Of a stretch of DNA of 32,000 nt, positions 1-8,914 are shown one piece after another. The position numbers were made by a program, and so were the translations under genes. The stretch is taken from assembly GCA_025839675.1 (NCBI GenBank), contig CP104013.1, positions 3,150,001 through 3,182,000 of the forward strand, given 5' to 3'. The stretch is from Candidatus Lokiarchaeum ossiferum (GTDB taxonomy: Archaea; Asgardarchaeota; Lokiarchaeia; Sigyniarchaeales; Promethearchaeaceae). The notes under the pieces were generated by a model, which was given only the letters and a program-made list of their open reading frames with translations, did no database searches and was not told the DNA's origin. Within the stretch, counting starts at the first letter, position 1. The number at the start of each line of letters is the position of its first letter.

Positions 1-750
1 CCATTATGCATTATTGGCATGCCCGGTATTGCAGACATTGGTAAATTTGCAGTTGATCAACTTATTGGTATTTTCAAAGCAAGAAAATATTGTGAAATTA
101 TTTTCAACGATTATCCCGCTGGGGCGATTGTTGACGAAAGTCTTTTATCCACACCCAAAGCAGAAATTCTCTATTACTTGGATCCAAAAAAGAAACAAGA
201 TTTAATTTTAATTACAGCTGATGCTCAAGCAATGTCGCCTCGTGGTATCTATGAAATTTCAGATTATATTGCAACATTAATCCACCAATTAGGAGTAGTC
301 AAAATCTTGGCATTAGGGGCTTATCCAATTAAGAACGCAAAAGCTGAACAAGGAAGTATCTACATCACATCCACAGAAACTAAATATATTGACCAATTTT
401 CGAATTCAGGTGAAGCAAAGAAAGTTAGTAAAGGAGTCATTATTGGATCCAATGGATTAATTCCCACCTTGGCAAAAGCTCGTTTTGGCATGGAAGGTAT
501 TGTTCTTTTAGCGGAAACAGATAATTCTGCTATAATGAATGAAAATATCACAGATTTACAAGCATCAATTCATTTACTCGAATTAGTTGGGAAGCACTTC
601 AATCTACCAATAAAAAATAATTTCAGTGAAAATCGAATAACAGAAATTTCTAAAGATTTAGAAACGAAAAGAAAGCAATTGGAAGAAGAATTGGAAACTA
701 TTCAACCTCATGTAGAGCTGGCAGATGTAGATAAATCTCTATACATTTAA
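1..750 (+). CDS. PAC2-family proteasome assembly chaperone (PbaA/PbaB-like); 5' end lies outside the window
   Basis: The frame is open from nt 1 (PLCIIGMPGIADIG...), whereas the ORF track starts at M19. The N-terminal G-x-PG-x-x-x-x-G motif and ~245-aa size fit archaeal PAC2/COG1938 proteins. The C-terminus ...SLYI is a hydrophobic-Tyr-X (HbYX) tail, as used to dock on the 20S alpha ring. Confidence 0.75.
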   Translation, partial: PLCIIGMPGIADIGKFAVDQLIGIFKARKYCEIIFNDYPAGAIVDESLLSTPKAEILYYLDPKKKQDLILITADAQAMSPRGIYEISDYIATLIHQLGVVKILALGAYPIKNAKAEQGSIYITSTETKYIDQFSNSGEAKKVSKGVIIGSNGLIPTLAKARFGMEGIVLLAETDNSAIMNENITDLQASIHLLELVGKHFNLPIKNNFSENRITEISKDLETKRKQLEEELETIQPHVELADVDKSLYI

Positions 751-780
751 TTTTCATTTAATTATGAAAAAAAAATAAAA

Positions 781-1755
781 CTACAATGGATACTTTTTTT
801 GAAAATTTTGTTCATATCTTGCCTTAGCAGATGATGAGGTATAATTCTGAGTTTGCGGTCCTAAAGTTTCAACAGAAAATGAAGATAAAGTGGCACCCAT
901 TTGGCATGCTTCTAAAATGGAACAGTCATTAGCTATACCAACTAATAAACCCGCTCGAAAAGCATCTCCAGCCCCAGTCGTATCTAACACCTTCGAAGGT
1001 TTACAAATGCCAACATGAATGATTTCCTCATCGAAGAAACAATCGGAACCTTTATTGCCTTTTGTTATTATAACTCTAGAATTTATTTTCAATAAATCCT
1101 CGATTGACATATTTAATTTCTCAAGAATCATGTTGACTTCAAATTCGTTCCCAATCAGCATATAAGCGAGTGGGATCACTTCTTCAAGCATTTCTTTAGA
1201 AAAAGCGGGCGTTACCTGCCCTGGATCAAAGATAAAAGGTATCTCAAGCGACTTCAATTCTTTTGCCCATCCCATCATAGCCATAACATTATCTGGACTT
1301 ACTGATGCAATCTTTATCCCCGAATTTGTTATATTCTTCTTTTTCAAATTGATTTCGGGACATTTTTTCATTGCTCCTTCATGAAAAATAATCATTTGAT
1401 TGTGATTCTCATCATTCACAATATAACATGAAGCAGTAAATAAATCAGAATGAATATTTCCTCTGAAAATTAATGAGGGAAATCTCTCCATATGTTTTTG
1501 ATAGCCTAAATCAATGAAATCTTTACCTACAGAAGTGATAACTTGCACTGGACTGTCCAATTGTGCAATATTATATGAAATATTACCTGAGGTACCTCCA
1601 AAATTTATTTTCTTTGAATGTGGCATTACTGCGAGATTAAACACTTTTTTCTCTGGATCTGAAGTCAAATTCTTATTCAAATCCCCTCCGAAATCCATTA
1701 TATAATCATAGGCAATAGATCCTAATACAAGAATATCTTTATTACTCATAATCAC
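781..1755 (-). CDS. PfkB-family carbohydrate/nucleoside kinase
   Basis: 324-aa ORF. It has an N-terminal LVLGSIAYD segment and GG dipeptide (NFGGTSGN). The C-terminal PfkB signature DTTGAGDAFRAGLL is present. Substrate cannot be assigned from sequence alone. Confidence 0.85.
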   Translation of the reverse strand: MIMSNKDILVLGSIAYDYIMDFGGDLNKNLTSDPEKKVFNLAVMPHSKKINFGGTSGNISYNIAQLDSPVQVITSVGKDFIDLGYQKHMERFPSLIFRGNIHSDLFTASCYIVNDENHNQMIIFHEGAMKKCPEINLKKKNITNSGIKIASVSPDNVMAMMGWAKELKSLEIPFIFDPGQVTPAFSKEMLEEVIPLAYMLIGNEFEVNMILEKLNMSIEDLLKINSRVIITKGNKGSDCFFDEEIIHVGICKPSKVLDTTGAGDAFRAGLLVGIANDCSILEACQMGATLSSFSVETLGPQTQNYTSSSAKARYEQNFQKKYPL

Positions 1756-1871
1756 ATTGGTTTAACCGATCCAAAAAAAAAAGGTTTTAGAATCCAAACA
1801 AAAAGGAACTGAAAAAGTATCAATTGTTGATGAACAAGGCTAGTTTCCCTTCAATGAATACGTAAATTTAA

Positions 1872-1956
1872 AGGTCCCGCATGAACAGCGGACCAATATG
1901 GTCCGTAAAAGAAAGTACCCCGGAACGGGGCGAAATCAAGGTGATGTGACCATCAC
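1872..1956. ncRNA. Candidate structured RNA or leader: cluster of four GC-rich hairpins
   Basis: Hairpin 1 pairs ggtcccgc with gcggacc (1872-1893). Hairpin 2 pairs ggacc with ggtcc (1889-1903) and shares an arm with hairpin 1. Hairpin 3 pairs ccccg with cgggg (1917-1929). Hairpin 4 pairs ggtgatg with catcacc (1939-1956). The cluster sits in a 485-nt AT-rich spacer between the DinB stop and the kinase start. No known RNA family was recognised and the strand is unresolved. Confidence 0.25.
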
Positions 1957-2240
1957 CATCCAAAAAGACAAAATAAAATTCATGCGGAGACCAATATTCT
2001 AATAAATTCAAAGAATATAAATTCTGAGATTATTCATGATAGGTTTAACCCCGTTATTTTGTTATGGATTACAAGAAATAGATCGAAAATTCAATTATGT
2101 CGGTCACCCTTATTTACCTTCCATCGGATTTAAAACAAAATCAATTCAAAATTTTAAGATATAATTAATATCTCGCAGGAAAGATCAGTATTTCTATTAA
2201 CAATTTCCCAATACATGAAAAGAAAAAGAAAAAAAATACC

Positions 2241-2744
2241 TTAACTATAATCGTAGATAAATCCAACAGGGAGTTTGATCCCTAATAATCGTATATATAA
2301 GGTTAATTGTCCCCGATGATGCACAACTTCTTCCTGAATTGTCATCAAGGCTTGGATTCCAGCTAATTTGAATCCATGCCAACAATGGAAGGTAATTTCT
2401 TGCTGCAATTTGTCTTCTGTCAACGATTCAAGTGTTTCGTGGAAGTAAGTCTTTATTTTCTTTATATAATCTTTAATTTGATCCAGTGTAGCACCTGTTT
2501 TTGGGGTTGGAATTTCTGCAAAATCTTCATTTTCCAATTTCCCTTTTCGTACTGCTTTCGAATAGGCAAATACCATCTCATACATATGTGCCACCAATTC
2601 CCCTAAAGATAGAGAGCTTTCATCCCCACAGGGTTTAAAATTCACAGCATCTTCAGAAATTTTGGTCAGTAGTTTATCGACGACTTTCATTTGGTTGTTT
2701 AACAAATGTAATAATGTTCCCTTAACGCTCTGTAATTGCGACAT
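2241..2744 (-). CDS. DinB-family (DinB/YfiT-like four-helix-bundle) protein
   Basis: 167-aa ORF. The spaced His residues are typical of the DinB superfamily (LVAHMYE ... VVHHRGQLTLYIRLLG). The HHRGQ motif lies near the C-terminus. Confidence 0.7.
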   Translation of the reverse strand: MSQLQSVKGTLLHLLNNQMKVVDKLLTKISEDAVNFKPCGDESSLSLGELVAHMYEMVFAYSKAVRKGKLENEDFAEIPTPKTGATLDQIKDYIKKIKTYFHETLESLTEDKLQQEITFHCWHGFKLAGIQALMTIQEEVVHHRGQLTLYIRLLGIKLPVGFIYDYS

Positions 2745-2862
2745 ACATTAAATAGAACATATCCTATATTTAAGACTTGGTGGATGAAAATTTATCAGAT
2801 CCCAAAAAGAATTGAAATTTTTTTTCATGAAATTAATATACTTTTACACTTGTTATTCTATC

Positions 2863-3327
2863 ATGACCAATCCAGCAGTGGTACGCAAAATCAATCCTGA
2901 TGAACTGGACCAATTATTGGAGCTCTACTCCTATTTTCCCTCAAACGTTGAACCCCTACCCTCTCCCGATATTATTCAAGTAACATGGAATTCCATCATG
3001 GTCAATCCACATCTTCATTATTTCGTTGTTGAATATGATAATAAGCTCGTTTCAACTTGCAACTTAGCCATCATCCCGAATTTAACTCATGGAGTCCGAC
3101 CATTGGGTCTTATAGAAAATGTCGTCACCGCTAAAGCCTATGAAAATCATGGGTTTGGGCAAAAGGTGCTCCACTATGCCAAAAAATGGGCTAAAAAACA
3201 TCGCTGCCATAAAGTGGTCTTACTCACTGGTTCCAAACAGCCGCGGACTTTAAAATTTTATGAAAAAGCAGGATTTCAACGAGGGATAAAAACAGGGTTT
3301 GTCTCCACATTAGATGATGTCGTGTAA
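2863..3327 (+). CDS. GNAT-family N-acetyltransferase
   Basis: The acetyl-CoA binding core is VVTAKAYENHGFGQKVLHYAKKWAKK (R/Q-x-x-G-x-G/A type) followed by FYEKAGF. I prefer the ATG at 2863 (MTNPAVVRKI...) over the TTG at 2812 in the ORF track. The extension is hydrophobic junk and the paralog at 3349-3806 aligns from this point. Confidence 0.8.
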   Translation: MTNPAVVRKINPDELDQLLELYSYFPSNVEPLPSPDIIQVTWNSIMVNPHLHYFVVEYDNKLVSTCNLAIIPNLTHGVRPLGLIENVVTAKAYENHGFGQKVLHYAKKWAKKHRCHKVVLLTGSKQPRTLKFYEKAGFQRGIKTGFVSTLDDVV

Positions 3328-3348
3328 TTCCCCAGAAATACAAATCAT

Positions 3349-3806
3349 CTATTTTTGATCTCTCGATGAATAGATAATAAATCCTTTCTTGCGCAATATA
3401 TCAAACCCTATTTTTTTATACATTTTATGAGCTCGTTCATTGGCTGATCCTGACAACAGCATTACCTCGGTACACTTTTTATCCCAGGCAAAGTTCAAAG
3501 CATGATTCACTATGGCCTTCCCGTAACCGTTGCGACGATAATCTCTATGGATCACCACATGTTCAAGAAACCCATAACCATCCCCACCCCGAATGAAAGA
3601 GGGTGTTATGGTCAAAATAAAAGAAGCAATTATTTTCTTATCTTCTTCTCCAATGAAATAGGTAATACACGGGCTTTTCTGTACTTGATCCCAGATCTCT
3701 AAATTTTCTTGTCATTTAATAGTGGGAAATTTTCTTGGCTTGCATAATGATGATAAAGCGGAATTAATTTTCCGATTTCATCCTCGTTGATTTTTCGTAT
3801 CTCCAC
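3349..3806 (-). pseudogene. GNAT-family acetyltransferase paralog interrupted by a single frameshift
   Basis: The ORF track shows only the C-terminal 88 aa (HRDYRRNGYGKAIVNHAL..., MYKKIGF). Upstream, from GTG at 3806, frame 1 reads VEIRKINEDEIGKLIPLYHHYASQENFPLLNDKKI then stops at 3699-3701. The -1 frame continues NLEIWDQVQKSPCITYFIGEEDKKIIASFILTITPSF into the 88-aa ORF. The span is 458 nt, 1 nt short of a multiple of 3. The shift must lie in the aagaaaattt run at about 3699-3712. Confidence 0.6.
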
Positions 3807-3871
3807 ACCAACTTTCCTCTGGTATCACTAATGATATTAAATTAAGAAATAACCTTGTTTTCAAAGGGAAT

Positions 3872-3948
3872 TAAAAGGAAAGAGAAATGGCGCAGGTGTC
3901 AGGGATCGAACCTGCGACCTGCCGATTAACAGCCGACCGCTCTACCGA
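3872..3948 (-). repeat. Partial tRNA-Asn copy (3' ~61 nt of the tRNA plus ~16 nt of 3' flank); putative distal att site
   Basis: aaaaggaaagagaaatggcgcaggtgtcagggatcgaacctgcgacctgccgattaacagccgaccgctctaccga matches 19738-19815 with 3 substitutions. It diverges abruptly at 3949, inside the D-loop. The 5' part of the tRNA (acceptor 5' strand and most of the D-arm) is absent, so this is not a functional tRNA. Confidence 0.8.
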
Positions 3949-4086
3949 AGATGTACCATATGCACTCAAATACATAATTCTTAACACCAAAATTCCTAGA
4001 AAATTGCTTGGCGTAAGATTTCGAGTATAATCCTTCTCTATGATAAAGTTTTAATTAATCAAAAACTCAAAAAAAAAAGAAAAAAA

Positions 4087-7000
4087 TTAAACAATTTCAA
4101 TCCAAAAAGCTTTTGTTCCATGATAATCTATGGTGAAAGTCTTAGCAAATAAGTCGGTGTCCGAAGGAATAAATGTCTCAAATTTTAAAGAAAATGATTC
4201 TCCTTCTTCAAATTTTAATTGAGATTCAAATTTAAGAGTTATCGGCCCAACAGGAATTGTGGTCCAAGCACCATAGTTTCGATTATACTCATGATCATTC
4301 ACCATTTCAATTTCCCAAGGATTATTTGGTAATAACTCCTCAGTTATACCGATTTGTTCACGTTGAGAGTAATATTGAGATCTGGGATCAAAAGTAATCC
4401 CTGGATAATCTGTATTGAATTCACCTAAGAATTTTCTGAAGCGAAGGATTTCTTTGCTAGGATCTTGCTCCAAAATAATCCTTTGATAAGCGTGAACAGA
4501 ATTGGCATCTTCGTATTTGTATCCTATTCCTTTAACGTTTCCCCAATATTCAATTCCAACTATCACATCTTCTTCAATATTAAGGATAGGATTTTTAACA
4601 GTGAATGAGACTTTTTCTAATTCCCCTAATTCAACATCAATACCTGCACCTCCTGTATCTTTAGATCCAATAGAAACACCGGCTTTTAGTTCAATTTTTT
4701 TTGTAGAAAAAGATGTTAAACCTGGTGTTATATCCCAATCCAAATTAATCCCATTTGGAGATGTTGGAATATAGATTCGATATTCTGGAATGACAATCTT
4801 TTCAGAAGATATCAAATCCACCGAATTTTCAACTGCCTTTCCAAGTTTTATGTTATCCATATAGACTTGGAAGGAAGCATCATTAGTATTACTTGTATAG
4901 ATTTCGAGTTCCGTTACATCCCACATTTCAGTGCTGGCACGAGGTTCATCAGCGATCTTCACACCATCAACCCAAGCTTGCCATTGATTATTATCCATAT
5001 CCATTAGTAAATCGATTTTATACATGCGATTTGATTCTGGCAAACAATAAATATCATCAGGACCAATATAACTGTTGCCATATACATCATTAGTGACCGA
5101 AAGAACGTTTTCTGGAAAATCACCATAAGTTTGGTGCAAACTTAATCTAATATAATCTTCGTAGGAAACAATATCATTATCTTTGAAAATGATTGTAAAA
5201 TCTGGAATGCCAGTGTATCCGATTTCAAATGTGAAAAGATATTTTCCATAATTATCCATTTCAATATCTTTACTAATTTTCACTTTTTTATTATTTAAAA
5301 TTCCTCCAGTACTGGAATCTACAAATTCTATAACCCTTCCATAATAATCAGTTATTGGAGAAATTATAACATTAACAGAACAATCTGTTCCTTCAGAAAT
5401 AGTATAACCAGAAGGATTTGTTCCAATACCTGCATTCTCATAATTATCCGTAACAGGGTATCCAGCATCCTTTGGATTAGAAAAATACAACTTGATCTCG
5501 TCATCATCAGTAAACCCATCACTATCAGTATCTTCTAATCCAGGATTCGTAGTAAGTTCATAATGCTCATATCCGTCATTATATGTATCACCATCAGAAT
5601 CTGGATTTGTAGGATTAAGGTTCACATAACCTTCATATTCATAGATGCCAGTAGCTTCAGAGCTTAAATCATCTCGTACAAAATCTAATTCTTGCTTATC
5701 AGTCAATCCATCAAAATCTGAATCAATTTCTGAGGGATTAGAATAATATGTTTTGTAGAATTTTGGTCGAGAATTTGGATCTGAATAAATTAAATCATAT
5801 CCAGTTACTTCTTCGCTATCAGTTAAACCATCTTCATCTTTATCTGCTAAAGCATTCAAAGGATTTGTATTGTATACTAAAACTTCATCTCCATCAGATA
5901 TACCATCATTATCTGAATCAGAATCACTTGGAGATAAATCATCTAACCTAGAATAATGAGCTTCATAGTTTCCATCCCATATATTAAACCAATTATAAGA
6001 ATATTCTTCATAATTGGACAAATCATCATTATCAGTATCCCTATCCACATTTGGAAGATGGAAATAGCTTCTGTATCCTTCAGAAGATACTCCTAACCCA
6101 TCAATTCCAAAATTCATAGCATCATATCCACTATGTGTGTACATCCCAAGCGAGTTGATGTAGGAATAAGAAAGAACTGGAATATCACTTCCCACTTTTT
6201 GACCATCAATCCAAGCATCAACTTGATTATTGCTGAAATCTAATTCAATGTGAACTTGATACCATTGATTCAATTGATAATCAAGAATTGGAATCCAAGT
6301 TCCTGTATCTCGTCTAATTCCAAGATGACCACCCCAGATTGGCATGTAAAATGGTTGTCCTGATCCGTGAAAAGTTAGATATGCATATCCATTTGATGAA
6401 GGCGATGGAGAATACCACCAGAAGTCAATAGAATCACCATCCTGACTCATAGTATTAAAACTGACAGAAGCGGTTGGACTTGTTGTTGGTGTGTTTCCTT
6501 GGGCAAGATATAATGCATTGGGATGATTTTCAATATTTTTAATTGTTGCAGTTGCTGTTCCAGGATTATAAGTCCACTCTTGCCAATTTGTGGTTCCAAT
6601 TATTTTGAAGCTTTCAATATCGGGATGATTTGAAAATGCTTCATACCCTTGGGAGGAAACTCCTAAACTATCAAATCCAAAATTCATTTTTTGTTCAGTA
6701 CCCTGTGTATACATGAAAATATTGTCAATTTCAGAATATGGAAGCACTGGAATATCTGATAGAGTTTTTATTCCATTTGCCCATAAATCCACTTCATTAT
6801 TTGTGAAGTCAAATTCAACGTGCATATGATACCAGGTTGACCATTCAAAATTGAAATATTCCCATGCACTTGTATCCTTTCTTATTCCAAAATGATTTGA
6901 CCATATTGGGAAGTAAAAGGGCCGTGAACTCCCATCTTGCAAGCAAATATATGCATAACCAATCGTATCGGAAGAAGGAGAATACCACCAAAAATCAATA

Positions 7001-8445
7001 TAATCATTATCTTGATTCACCGCAGGAAAAGACACAGCTACAGTTGGACTAGTTATTGAATTAACATGATCTTCTTGGGAAAGATAGAGAGAAGTCGGAT
7101 GATCTCCAATATTCGTAATAGTAGCAACTTCCGTCCCAGATTGAATATTAAAATCATTCCATTCAATACTATTTTCAACAAAGAAGCTATCAATCGTATA
7201 ATGATTATTATAAGCTATATACCCTTCAGAAGACACACCCAGAGCATCAAAGCCAAAATTGGTATCACCAAGATCACTGTGGATATACATATTGATGGAA
7301 TTAATGAAGGAGTAATCTAGGACTGAAACATCAACAAGTGATTTTTCCCCATCAACCCATAAATCCACTTCATTATTCGTAAAATCAAATTCAACATGCA
7401 CATGATACCACGTTGAATAATCAAAATTGAAGTAGTTACTCCAGCTTCCAGAACTATCGCGAATTCCAAAGTGATTAGCCCATATAGGAAAGTAGAAGGG
7501 TTGTCCTGTATCTTGTTTAAATGTAATATATGCGTACCCATCGGAACCAACTGAAGGCGAAAACCACCAAAAGTCAAGATAATCTTGATCGTCATTCAAT
7601 GTATTGAAATTAATGGATGCTGATGGATTAGTGGTTACTGGATCTTCTTGAGATAAATAGAGTGCATTATAGCGGCCATCAATATCAGTCAATACCGCTA
7701 ATTCTGAACCTTGAGATATACTCCAGCGGTTCCAATCGATGCACTCACTTTGATCATATCCTATCCCACTACCATCCATAGGATTTAGAGGATTTAAATT
7801 ATTGATATATTCCCATCCATCAGGCATTCCATCTTGATCTGTATCCATATTGTTGGGATCTGTTCCCAAAGTATTCGTTTCGAGCCAATCATTTAACCCA
7901 TCATTATCAGTATCATCAACAAGATAAACGTAAATCGACTCAATTCTTTTTCCTGTTAAGTAAAAGCATTCTTCCCCATCAGCATATTCGGGAGAATCAC
8001 CTAAGGATTGAATGTGTCCACGATATCGGATTTGATATTTATACTCAGGACAGTTTACTAGTCGAATTGCAAATTTTTCAATCTGTAGTGCCTGTCCTCT
8101 TGTTCCAGCATAATTTCCATCACTTATCCACTGTGTCCACCCATTTCCTTGAATATATACTTTGTATTCAATGTCACAATCAAATGTATTGTCTACAATA
8201 CTTAATTGAATCCCTTCTAATCTTTTTGCAATACCTTTATGACCAACCCATTGGTGGTCAGTTCCAACAATATCCCCATAGGATTGTTGATGAACCAAAA
8301 CGGATAAAATTTGGCTACTAACGTTTGGTACGTTCAACTCCCTTTGAGATTCTTCTTGATCCTCTGTAAATCCAAATTCTCCAGAATTGGATAGAGTTAG
8401 GCTAAGAAGAAGTAAAAATGCAATATATTTTTGTTGATTTTTCAT
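4087..8445 (-). CDS. Large secreted multi-domain surface protein (ChW-like repeats, TSP3-type Ca-binding repeats, 3-4 LamG/concanavalin-like domains)
   Basis: 1452-aa ORF with signal peptide MKNQQKYIAFLLLLSLTLSNSG. Residues 45-175 carry ChW-like units (YKVYIQGNGWTQWISDGNYAGTRGQALQIEKFAIRL). D-x-D-x-D-G acidic repeats occur at aa ~177-225 and ~800-1010 (DTDNDGLNDWLE, DTDQDGMPDGWE, DSDNDGISDGDE, DSDGDTYNDGYE). Three ~190-aa tandem domains follow, plus a fourth related domain (QWQAWVDGVKI...MDNIKLGK). Confidence 0.85.
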   Translation of the reverse strand: MKNQQKYIAFLLLLSLTLSNSGEFGFTEDQEESQRELNVPNVSSQILSVLVHQQSYGDIVGTDHQWVGHKGIAKRLEGIQLSIVDNTFDCDIEYKVYIQGNGWTQWISDGNYAGTRGQALQIEKFAIRLVNCPEYKYQIRYRGHIQSLGDSPEYADGEECFYLTGKRIESIYVYLVDDTDNDGLNDWLETNTLGTDPNNMDTDQDGMPDGWEYINNLNPLNPMDGSGIGYDQSECIDWNRWSISQGSELAVLTDIDGRYNALYLSQEDPVTTNPSASINFNTLNDDQDYLDFWWFSPSVGSDGYAYITFKQDTGQPFYFPIWANHFGIRDSSGSWSNYFNFDYSTWYHVHVEFDFTNNEVDLWVDGEKSLVDVSVLDYSFINSINMYIHSDLGDTNFGFDALGVSSEGYIAYNNHYTIDSFFVENSIEWNDFNIQSGTEVATITNIGDHPTSLYLSQEDHVNSITSPTVAVSFPAVNQDNDYIDFWWYSPSSDTIGYAYICLQDGSSRPFYFPIWSNHFGIRKDTSAWEYFNFEWSTWYHMHVEFDFTNNEVDLWANGIKTLSDIPVLPYSEIDNIFMYTQGTEQKMNFGFDSLGVSSQGYEAFSNHPDIESFKIIGTTNWQEWTYNPGTATATIKNIENHPNALYLAQGNTPTTSPTASVSFNTMSQDGDSIDFWWYSPSPSSNGYAYLTFHGSGQPFYMPIWGGHLGIRRDTGTWIPILDYQLNQWYQVHIELDFSNNQVDAWIDGQKVGSDIPVLSYSYINSLGMYTHSGYDAMNFGIDGLGVSSEGYRSYFHLPNVDRDTDNDDLSNYEEYSYNWFNIWDGNYEAHYSRLDDLSPSDSDSDNDGISDGDEVLVYNTNPLNALADKDEDGLTDSEEVTGYDLIYSDPNSRPKFYKTYYSNPSEIDSDFDGLTDKQELDFVRDDLSSEATGIYEYEGYVNLNPTNPDSDGDTYNDGYEHYELTTNPGLEDTDSDGFTDDDEIKLYFSNPKDAGYPVTDNYENAGIGTNPSGYTISEGTDCSVNVIISPITDYYGRVIEFVDSSTGGILNNKKVKISKDIEMDNYGKYLFTFEIGYTGIPDFTIIFKDNDIVSYEDYIRLSLHQTYGDFPENVLSVTNDVYGNSYIGPDDIYCLPESNRMYKIDLLMDMDNNQWQAWVDGVKIADEPRASTEMWDVTELEIYTSNTNDASFQVYMDNIKLGKAVENSVDLISSEKIVIPEYRIYIPTSPNGINLDWDITPGLTSFSTKKIELKAGVSIGSKDTGGAGIDVELGELEKVSFTVKNPILNIEEDVIVGIEYWGNVKGIGYKYEDANSVHAYQRIILEQDPSKEILRFRKFLGEFNTDYPGITFDPRSQYYSQREQIGITEELLPNNPWEIEMVNDHEYNRNYGAWTTIPVGPITLKFESQLKFEEGESFSLKFETFIPSDTDLFAKTFTIDYHGTKAFWIEIV
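6067..7737 (-). repeat. Three tandem ~190-aa (~575-nt) intragenic domain repeats inside the 1452-aa CDS
   Basis: The repeats are aa ~237-411, 427-603 and 619-793. They share W..W....G...A.I.NI..HP..LYL.Q......SP.A.VSF......D.IDFWW.SPS...GYAY......PFY.PIW..H.GIR......W.......W...H.E.DF.NN.VD.W..G.K...D.PVL.YS.I....MY......NFG.D.LGVSS.GY. Confidence 0.85.
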
Positions 8446-8914
8446 TTTATAACTTCCAGATCAAATTATTCTGACTTAAGACAAATTTTCCTCTAAACTA
8501 AAAATCACTAATTGTGTAAAACCCCTACCATATGAAAAAGTCGCACAAATTTTTCGGATCATGAGCTAAAATTACTCTCGAAAAAAGACTTTTTGATTTT
8601 TGGATCAAATTACTGATTTTTTTACTATCTGTCCAAATCTGAACATTACTAATATAGTTAAAGAGGTATTTAAACTGCACGTTGTTAGTAAAACGCTATG
8701 ATTTTTATTGAATAAATATTTAAAATAAACTTATTCCTATAATTCATTAATTACTTCAATTTTTTACCTTTTCAACAAATTTAAACTATTTATGTTACAA
8801 GTCATAATTCCACATTCAATTCCCTGTACTTGTAAAATAATTTAGTGTTCAAGCTTCCAATTCTAACTCAAACATTAAATTATGCTCGGATGATAGGACT
8901 TAACTTGAAAAAAA

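Noticed and set aside
1826-1832. TGATGA (C-box-like) motif suggesting a C/D box sRNA near the hairpin cluster.
   Set aside because: No CTGA D box lies at the expected 40-60 nt distance, and no terminal stem or C'/D' pair was found.
2812-2862. TTG-initiated 17-aa N-terminal extension of the GNAT ORF. Similar upstream alternative starts exist at 12409 and 29459.
   Set aside because: The extensions are hydrophobic or low-complexity and not matched by paralogs. Downstream ATGs have better context: a TATA box at about -26, or the point where the paralog alignment begins.
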